NCBI RefSeq assembly: GCF_051307035.1
Contig: NZ_CP195536.1
Span: 360,001 to 392,000 of the forward strand
Length of the DNA stretch: 32,000 nt
Source: Psychrobacter sp. DM4
GTDB lineage: Bacteria > Pseudomonadota > Gammaproteobacteria > Pseudomonadales > Moraxellaceae
Direction of reading: 5' to 3'
The notes beneath the pieces are model-generated. The model saw only the letters and a list, made by a program, of their open reading frames with translations, had not been told where the DNA came from and did no database searches. Made by a program: the position numbers and the translations under genes. This document shows, piece by piece, positions 25,760 to 32,000 of the stretch (position 1 is the stretch's first letter; the number at the start of each line of letters is the position of its first letter).

Positions 25760-26803
25760 ATGACCTCACTGAACCATGCACCTAATAATAAGCCTGGCTA
25801 TGCAGCCAGCTACATGCCAACGATGACGCTGGCAATGGCACAAAAACGTGCGCAGATGCTTGCTGATATCAGGCAGTTTTTTGCAACGCGTCAAGTATTA
25901 GAAGTGCAAACACCGCTATTGTCGCAAGCGGGTAATACTGACACCTTTTTGCAATCGGTAGCGGCTCAAGTCACGTATCAAGACCGACCGCATACTTACT
26001 ATTTACATACCTCGCCTGAATTTGCGATGAAACGTGTGCTTGCCAGTTGGCGCGTACCCATTTATCAGATATGCACTGTATTTCGGGATAATGAGATTGG
26101 CTCACGGCACAATATAGAATTCACCATGCTCGAATGGTATCAGCTGAATTATACTTTGGCTGATTTGGCAGATGAGCTTGGGCAGATGTTAGAGGTGCTC
26201 TACGGTTATCCTGTGGTGATGAATCACTATCGTTATGTCGATGCTTTTATGGATTTTGTTGGTATTCATCCGTTGACGGCTAGTATCTCAGCACTACAGG
26301 CAGTAGCAGAGGATAGAGGATTACTTACTTTTAATTCTCAGAATAACCTGGGTATCAAGAAACAAAACACTGATAAAGAAGTACGACAAGAGTGGCTAGA
26401 CTTGCTATTTAGTCACGAGGTAGAGCCATATTTAGGTCATGAGTTGCCAACGCTAATTATTGAGTATCCACCAGCGACTGCTGCGCTAGCAAAAACAGCT
26501 TTGGACAAAGACGGTAACGAGATTGCCAAGCGTTTTGAGCTATATATTAACGGTATCGAGATTGCAAATGCCTATGACGAGCTAGCAGACGGACGGGCAC
26601 TAAGAGTGCGTTTTGAGCAGGACAATCAATTGCGCCGCCATCATAATTTGCCGTCAATGCCTATTGATGAGCATCTACTCGCTGCTTGTGATGACTTGCC
26701 GCCTTGTAGCGGGATTGCGCTCGGTTTAGATCGTTTGCTGATGGTGGTAACTGACGCGAAAAATATACAAGACGTCATTACTTTTCGGAGTGGTCAAGCA
26801 TAA
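25760..26803 (+). CDS. epmA: EF-P beta-lysine ligase EpmA (PoxA/GenX)
   Basis: 347-aa ORF with class II LysRS-like core motifs (LEVQTPLLS; FRDNEIGSRHNIEFTMLEWY; GIALGLDRLLM). It aligns along its length with my recollection of E. coli EpmA. Confidence 0.9.
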   Translation: MTSLNHAPNNKPGYAASYMPTMTLAMAQKRAQMLADIRQFFATRQVLEVQTPLLSQAGNTDTFLQSVAAQVTYQDRPHTYYLHTSPEFAMKRVLASWRVPIYQICTVFRDNEIGSRHNIEFTMLEWYQLNYTLADLADELGQMLEVLYGYPVVMNHYRYVDAFMDFVGIHPLTASISALQAVAEDRGLLTFNSQNNLGIKKQNTDKEVRQEWLDLLFSHEVEPYLGHELPTLIIEYPPATAALAKTALDKDGNEIAKRFELYINGIEIANAYDELADGRALRVRFEQDNQLRRHHNLPSMPIDEHLLAACDDLPPCSGIALGLDRLLMVVTDAKNIQDVITFRSGQA

Positions 26804-26847
26804 ATTTTAGTACTCTAAGAAACTATATGGTCAGTAGGTCTGAGCAT

Positions 26848-26886
26848 AAAAAAGCAGGCTGCCTTTTCTGGTAGTCTGCTTTTTTA
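26848..26886 (+). terminator. rho-independent terminator after epmA
   Basis: 11-bp stem AGCAGGCTGCC / GGTAGTCTGCT (two G-U pairs on the plus strand) with a 6-nt loop, flanked by an A-run and T-run. It is stronger in the plus orientation. Confidence 0.75.
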
Positions 26887-26923
26887 TTAAAACCACTGTA
26901 TTAAAATAAAAATAAAAATATAA

Positions 26924-27562
26924 TTATATTTTAGTAATCGCATCGGTAATAGCTGTCTCGCCATTGTGCATACTAAAGACTTGCTTGATTGTGTTATCAG
27001 CATGTAATACCGCAGCCAAAGTACTTGCTACGTCTTTGATTGAATTCTCACCTGAATCGTTATCATCGATAGTAATTTTGCCTGTTGCTTCTCGCTCTTT
27101 GAGTGCGCCCGCTTGTACAACGGTATAGTCAAGGGTGCTGTTATTGACGAGCCACTGATCTGCATAATGCTTACAGATGTAATAGTCTTTCAAATCTTTG
27201 ATGCCAGGGCTATCCCATTGACTGGTATCTAGAGAGAACACCGTACTGAGCATGATGTAACGCTTGATACCTTTGTCTTGAGTGGCCTGCATAGTCTTAA
27301 CCGCACCATGTAGATCCACTTCTAATACGTTTTTGCCCCCTGAACCTGCGACGAAATACACCGCATCAATATTTCCATCAATTTGGTTTTGAATATCATC
27401 TTTGTGAGCGGTAATATCTAAATCAAGTTGAGTGTAGTTGTCGTTGCCGAATAGTTTTTCATTTTGTCTGGTCGTACCGATAACTTGATGATCGTCATTT
27501 AATAATTGTTCGACCAAATCACTACCGACACGGCCACTGGCCCCTATTACTAAAATTTTCAT
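26924..27562 (-). CDS. NAD(P)H-binding atypical SDR-family oxidoreductase (NmrA/YwnB-like)
   Basis: 212-aa ORF with the N-terminal Rossmann motif MKILVIGASGRVGS. Substrate unknown. Confidence 0.8.
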   Translation of the reverse strand: MKILVIGASGRVGSDLVEQLLNDDHQVIGTTRQNEKLFGNDNYTQLDLDITAHKDDIQNQIDGNIDAVYFVAGSGGKNVLEVDLHGAVKTMQATQDKGIKRYIMLSTVFSLDTSQWDSPGIKDLKDYYICKHYADQWLVNNSTLDYTVVQAGALKEREATGKITIDDNDSGENSIKDVASTLAAVLHADNTIKQVFSMHNGETAITDAITKI

Positions 27563-27629
27563 ATTTACTCCTATCTTTTTTAAATAGTGTTTGAATGATG
27601 GTTTATCTAAAACCTACCACTAATATAAC

Positions 27630-27666
27630 AAAAAAATCGGCACACATCGTTATGATGCGTGCCGAT
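27630..27666 (-). terminator. rho-independent terminator downstream of yaiI (end of the purE-purK-yaiI unit)
   Basis: 13-bp stem ATCGGCACACATC / GATGCGTGCCGAT with one mismatch. On the minus strand it is followed by T7. Confidence 0.8.
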
Positions 27667-27746
27667 TGCATAGTGTTTGGTTATAGCGTGTATAGCCTTT
27701 GCAAGGAATAAATAAGTAAGGGTTGAAGTCGTACTTTTGACAACCT

Positions 27747-28196
27747 CTAGCGCACTAATTTGTTTAGACCGTCGGCAAAGGCTTTTTTGTCACGGTCACC
27801 ATATGGCTTTTGTCCGCTCATCTCTTGCAATTCCAGCACGCCCGTACCGCGCATGGTATCCATAAAGTCACGCATGTTGAGCTTTTGCTTGATGTTGTTT
27901 TTGTCATAGATGACGCCGCGCGTGGTTAGCACCATACCGCCTTTATCCAAGATATCATTAGCTAGAGGAATATCGCTGGTAATCGCCAAATCGCCTGCCT
28001 GAATTTTTTCGACGATATAATCATCAGCCTTATCGAACCCTTGTGGTACTACCGTCATCACTAACAGCGGAGATTTACGTAGCTTAATAGGTTGATTGGC
28101 GACAAAAATTGCCATCGTCTGCGTGCGCTCTGCGGTTTTGATGATTAAGTCTTTGGCTATGAGAGGCACTGAGTCAGCGTCAATCCAAATTTGCAT
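27747..28196 (-). CDS. yaiI: YaiI/YqxD family protein (UPF0178)
   Basis: 149-aa ORF beginning MQIWIDADS, with the DDYIV and GDLAITSDIPLA motifs typical of UPF0178. Its ATG overlaps the purK stop as TAATG. Confidence 0.85.
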   Translation of the reverse strand: MQIWIDADSVPLIAKDLIIKTAERTQTMAIFVANQPIKLRKSPLLVMTVVPQGFDKADDYIVEKIQAGDLAITSDIPLANDILDKGGMVLTTRGVIYDKNNIKQKLNMRDFMDTMRGTGVLELQEMSGQKPYGDRDKKAFADGLNKLVR

Positions 28197-29536
28197 TACT
28201 TTTTTGCCTTGTCATTTGATTTAGTTTTACTTGTACTTAGATCTAAGTCTTTAGCCGTCTCGCTTACTTCAATACTGGCATGAGCGTCTAGTTGACTCAA
28301 CTCTGGCTCTGCTGATTTGTTTGCTATATCTGAGTGTTTTTTATCTAAACCCACTTTATTGGGTAGTACGGCGATTAGCCTGCTCAAACTAGGTTCAAGG
28401 TTAGCGACGTCATTTGGCATCAAAGTAATATGAGCGATTTTGCGATTGTCACGCTCAGATTTATGATAACTGTGATAATGAGCGCCATCGATTTCGAGCA
28501 CTTTACTGATGTCTGGGTACTGACCGAGTACATTGAGCATAATAGCAGGATGAATATTACCGGTATCACCCAAGGGTAGACCAACTACCGCGCGAATATG
28601 GTTCTCAAACTGACTGGTGACTGCGCCCTCAATGCTCCAATGTCCAGAGTTGTGTACGCGCGGGGCAATCTCGTTGGCAAGCAGACAGTCATGACCACGC
28701 GTATCTTTGGTCACAAACAATTCAAGCGCCATCGTACCGACATAATCAAGATGATTCATGACGGTGGTAATAGCGTCTTTTGCCCGCTCAAATAAGTGAC
28801 TCGTCCCGACAGCAGGCGCTTGAGTCTTGGCTAGTATACCTTGATAGTGATGGTTTTCGACCAAATCGTAGCAGCGCACTTGACCATCTACGGCACGGGT
28901 CGCGATAATAGAGAGCTCACGACTAAAATCAATAAACCCTTCGGCGATTAAGGGGGCAGGGGTTGGTGTCAAGCTACCTTGTCCGCTCACCGCGTCTTTG
29001 AGCGCATGCCAAGCCGCTTTTATATCATTGTCTGTTCTAATAACAAACTGACCTTTGCCATCGTAGCCGCCGCGACTGGTTTTGAGTACGATAGGGAGAC
29101 CTAAAGATTCGCAGGCTTGGGTGAGTTCAGCTTGAGTGTTGACAGCGACAAAGGGCACCGTTGCAATATTAAGAGTATTGAACATCTGCTTTTCTTTTAG
29201 GCGATCTTGCGCTACATCAAGGGCAATAGGCGGTGGATACATACCTTGTTTTTGCCCTGATTTTGCTAGATCTGCTAGCTGCTCGACAATCGCTGTGGGT
29301 GTGTTCTCAAACTCTAAGGTAAACACGTCCGCTACAGCGATAAATTCCTCTAATTGCTCACCACTAAAGACGCGCCCGTATAGGCTTGCTGGGCACGCCG
29401 CGTTGTCCTCCAAAAACACACAGCGATAGCCAAGTGGCATGGCGGCCTCAGCGAGCATCATACCGAGCTGACCGCCCCCTAATATGCCTATAGTACGAAT
29501 CGTTTGGGTGGTAGGATAAGCATTGTCTGTCGTCAT
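28196..29536 (-). CDS. purK: N5-carboxyaminoimidazole ribonucleotide synthase PurK with a low-complexity C-terminal tail
   Basis: 446-aa ORF. ATP-grasp with GILGGGQLGMM at the N-terminus and the HNSGHW motif. About 60 extra C-terminal residues are rich in Ser, Lys, Asp and Glu. Confidence 0.93.
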   Translation of the reverse strand: MTTDNAYPTTQTIRTIGILGGGQLGMMLAEAAMPLGYRCVFLEDNAACPASLYGRVFSGEQLEEFIAVADVFTLEFENTPTAIVEQLADLAKSGQKQGMYPPPIALDVAQDRLKEKQMFNTLNIATVPFVAVNTQAELTQACESLGLPIVLKTSRGGYDGKGQFVIRTDNDIKAAWHALKDAVSGQGSLTPTPAPLIAEGFIDFSRELSIIATRAVDGQVRCYDLVENHHYQGILAKTQAPAVGTSHLFERAKDAITTVMNHLDYVGTMALELFVTKDTRGHDCLLANEIAPRVHNSGHWSIEGAVTSQFENHIRAVVGLPLGDTGNIHPAIMLNVLGQYPDISKVLEIDGAHYHSYHKSERDNRKIAHITLMPNDVANLEPSLSRLIAVLPNKVGLDKKHSDIANKSAEPELSQLDAHASIEVSETAKDLDLSTSKTKSNDKAKK

Positions 29537-29667
29537 AGCAGGCTCTTTTGAGTCATCAGAAAGGGTGATATCAACATATAAAAGTATAGAGGGTACATTA
29601 AAATAGGAAAAGGTGCACTAGAGGCACCTTGTCTTTGATAAATTCTATTCAAAATTTTTATACTGTT

Positions 29668-30219
29668 TTAACGATTAATAATACCGGGAATGGGGCTGGC
29701 AAGAATCGTCTCGGTTTGCGTGTGACGCAAGTCTTGTAGCTTAGTCGCAATCAGATTATCATGCAATGCCAAGACTTGAATGGCTAATAATGCTGCATTA
29801 TAGGCACCAGCGCTACCGATTGCCAGAGTACCAACCGCAACCCCTTTTGGCATTTGTACAATAGAGAGCAAGCTGTCCCAGCCGCTAAGCATCGAGGATT
29901 TTACGGGAACACCAAAGACGGGTAGCGGTGTTTGACTGGCACACATACCCGGCAGATGCGCCGCCCCGCCCGCACCAGCGATAATGACTTGTAAACCCTT
30001 GTCTTTTGCGCCTTTGGCATAGTCAAACAATCTGTCAGGAGTACGGTGCGCAGAGACCACTTCGCATTCAAAAGCAATACCAAAATCCGCTAACAACTGC
30101 GCCGCCGCGCTCATTGTTGCCCAATCTGATTGTGAACCCATGATAATGCCTACTTTAGGCTGACCTGCTGGGGAGACGATAGCGTTATTTTGGTCAGTAG
30201 CGTGATCAGGGGTGCTCAT
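29668..30219 (-). CDS. purE: N5-CAIR mutase PurE
   Basis: 183-aa ORF with MGSQSDW, SAHRTP and [10 protein letters not shown] motifs. Confidence 0.96.
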   Translation of the reverse strand: MSTPDHATDQNNAIVSPAGQPKVGIIMGSQSDWATMSAAAQLLADFGIAFECEVVSAHRTPDRLFDYAKGAKDKGLQVIIAGAGGAAHLPGMCASQTPLPVFGVPVKSSMLSGWDSLLSIVQMPKGVAVGTLAIGSAGAYNAALLAIQVLALHDNLIATKLQDLRHTQTETILASPIPGIINR

Positions 30220-30338
30220 AGGGCAATGTCCTCAAAAAGACCATCATACAAAATTTTTGCTCGTGCCGTAAAGACAAGATTGCCTTTGTCCGCCAAATTT
30301 AACATATGACTTCGTTTCGGTGATGGGTTATAGGTATT

Positions 30339-31283
30339 CTATGTATGGCGGTATTGTACAAAGTTATTTGGGCTAAGGGGCAGTGGGCACTCAGTATCAA
30401 GCTGATAACAAGTCAAATAACCACTGTCAACCGCCGCTGAATAATCGGTACAGACCACCTGCGTACTGAGCGGCGTAGGTGTCCCTGTCAGCCAGTAGTG
30501 ACCGACAAATATAGGTTTGTCCGTCTTGAGAGTAAAATCAATAGGCTCAGCCTTGGTATCGAGAGGAATCTGCGCTATCGCTGAATGAGGCGCACGCGCA
30601 ATCTCACGAATCGGACGATTATCAAGATCATCTAGCCACCACCGTACTCGTACTCGCGAACGTGTGGTACCTTCTTTATCTACCATCACGATACCTTTAG
30701 GTAACGGCGTCTCCACACCTTTTAATACACGCTCTAGTGCATCAAACATTGGTGTATGCTTTTTTGAGGTGAGCGTTAAGGCTTGAGGGGTTAGACAGTT
30801 ATCTCGAGTTAATAGCGGTTTGAGTATGGCCATGCTATCGACATCCCAGCAGGCATGAACGAAACAAGCCGAGTCAGTCTCAAGCCACAATGGAATCTCA
30901 CAAAAGCGTTTAAGCCAATAATGATGTCGCTCTGAGCCAAAAGGTACCTCAGCTAAAAACGCTTCGTGCTGGCGTGTATGTGTCTCATTATGCTCACGTA
31001 AATAGTTCTCAGCATGTTCAGGGTCTAGAGTGGCGAATGCCAACGCATTATATTCATGATTGCCCATCACCGCGTCAGCGACATCAGCATCGAGCATCGC
31101 AAAGACGATGTCGAGCGTCTTGATTTGCTGAGGACCACGATCAATCAAGTCGCCTATAAATAAAGCGCGGTGACCTTTGGGCGGCATAAAACACTGACCG
31201 TTATGCTGATAACCGAGCTGAGTGAGCAGTCCTATAAGCTTGTCCGCATAACCGTGAATATCGCCAATAATATCTATAATCAT
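30339..31283 (-). CDS. PPP-family metallophosphoesterase (ApaH/PrpE-like Ser/Thr phosphatase or diadenosine tetraphosphatase type)
   Basis: 314-aa ORF with the metallophosphatase motifs GDIHG, GDLIDRG, GNHE and a late VGH. Confidence 0.85.
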   Translation of the reverse strand: MIIDIIGDIHGYADKLIGLLTQLGYQHNGQCFMPPKGHRALFIGDLIDRGPQQIKTLDIVFAMLDADVADAVMGNHEYNALAFATLDPEHAENYLREHNETHTRQHEAFLAEVPFGSERHHYWLKRFCEIPLWLETDSACFVHACWDVDSMAILKPLLTRDNCLTPQALTLTSKKHTPMFDALERVLKGVETPLPKGIVMVDKEGTTRSRVRVRWWLDDLDNRPIREIARAPHSAIAQIPLDTKAEPIDFTLKTDKPIFVGHYWLTGTPTPLSTQVVCTDYSAAVDSGYLTCYQLDTECPLPLSPNNFVQYRHT

Positions 31284-31319
31284 AAAGTATGATAGAACCT
31301 AAAAGTTTAAAGAAAAAGT

Positions 31320-31964
31320 TTAAAGAATAGGAGAGAGTAACTCACTGATAAAGTGCGGAATAACTTGTGGCTCTAGAATTATTGTCGCTATAACACCAAA
31401 GGCGCCGCCCCACAAATGAGCCATATGGTTGATATTGGAGCCGCCGCGTCTATCGGCATAAATGCTATAAGCTACATAGGCTACAGCAAATAGTATCGCT
31501 GGGATAGGCACGATAGCAAATAGATATAGAGTATCCCATGGCGCAAGCAATATAAAAGCGAACAGAACCGCTGATACACCGCCTGAGGCACCGAGACTAA
31601 GATAACTGGCATTGTTTCTGTTTTTGATATAACTTGGAATCATTGCCACAATGATAGCAAGCACATAAAATACAACAAAGCCATAACCCCAGAGATAAGG
31701 TTGATATAGTCCTTCAATAGCGCGGCCAAAAAAGTATAAAGTAAACATATTAAAGAGCAGATGCATACTATCGGCGTGAATAAAACCATGAGTAACAAAT
31801 CGATCCCATTGTCCCTGCTCTACCGCTGGCGGGTAAAAAATCAGTCGATTAAATAGCGCTTTGTTTTGCCAAGCAAGCAGACTGATAATGACCGTCACAA
31901 TAATAATAAGTGTAGTATGATTAAGCAAAAAAGTAATCCTTAGGCCAAGCCTATTATATGACAC
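31320..31964 (-). CDS. rhomboid-family intramembrane serine protease
   Basis: 214-aa ORF with 6 TM helices. It has the HxxxxHxxxN-type motif (HADSMHLLFN), catalytic GASGG, and the catalytic His in AHLWGGAFG. Confidence 0.88.
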   Translation of the reverse strand: MSYNRLGLRITFLLNHTTLIIIVTVIISLLAWQNKALFNRLIFYPPAVEQGQWDRFVTHGFIHADSMHLLFNMFTLYFFGRAIEGLYQPYLWGYGFVVFYVLAIIVAMIPSYIKNRNNASYLSLGASGGVSAVLFAFILLAPWDTLYLFAIVPIPAILFAVAYVAYSIYADRRGGSNINHMAHLWGGAFGVIATIILEPQVIPHFISELLSPIL

Positions 31965-32000
31965 GCTCTAAGTTTCAAGCCTTTTGATCAAAATAAAACT

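Noticed and set aside
26903-26920. An (AAAATA)x3 microsatellite between the epmA terminator and the SDR gene stop.
   Set aside because: It is short low-complexity A/T sequence typical of AT-rich intergenic DNA, with no further structure.
29610-29630. Hairpin AAGGTGC-N7-GCACCTT in the 131-bp purE-purK spacer, considered as an internal terminator.
   Set aside because: The stem is short (7 bp) with only an interrupted U tract (TTCCTATTTT) on the minus strand. It is more likely an mRNA processing or stability element, or chance.
1-32000. Searched by eye for CRISPR repeats, IS or transposon inverted repeats, integrase/recombinase or phage genes, tRNA/tmRNA/rRNA signatures, and defence or toxin-antitoxin gene pairs.
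   Set aside because: None was found. All large ORFs have housekeeping identities and the synteny blocks match other Pseudomonadales. No long direct or inverted repeats bracket any segment, and no compositional island was evident on spot checks.

Overview
This window reads as conserved core chromosome from an AT-rich gammaproteobacterium. Gene content and local synteny resemble Pseudomonadales/Moraxellaceae, possibly Psychrobacter-like, but that is an inference I cannot confirm without a database search. I call 27 protein-coding genes, nearly all housekeeping. In order they are: thiolase, hom, a DsbC-like isomerase, a DUF808 membrane protein, and a very long RNase E divergent from rluC. Then come a HAD phosphatase, engB divergent from cytochromes c5 and c4, a polytopic membrane protein overlapping an RnfH-family gene, and bamE divergent from fur. 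The rest are pilU-pilT divergent from yggS, nadE, an AI-2E family transporter, pdxB, epmA, an SDR-like oxidoreductase, yaiI-purK-purE, a PPP-type metallophosphatase and a rhomboid protease. Nine clean rho-independent terminator hairpins sit where gene ends predict them. I found no tRNA or rRNA genes, CRISPR arrays, IS elements or transposases, integrases, or any recognisable defence or toxin-antitoxin island. I therefore cannot honestly claim a novel multi-gene system here. What the gene calls leave unexplained is listed below.
- Two oversized ORF-free spacers: 1053 bp between rne and rluC, and about 660 bp between nadE and the AI-2E gene. Both contain repeats, palindromes and terminator-like hairpins.
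- An 835-aa low-complexity RNase E scaffold with a duplicated ASNDPR motif.
- A divergent NSS-like membrane protein that overlaps rnfH in the position where RatA normally sits.
- A DsbC homologue that carries a lipobox.
- Several short perfect palindromes and tandem repeats placed at promoter or leader positions.

All functional calls come from motif recognition in the supplied translations, not from searches.
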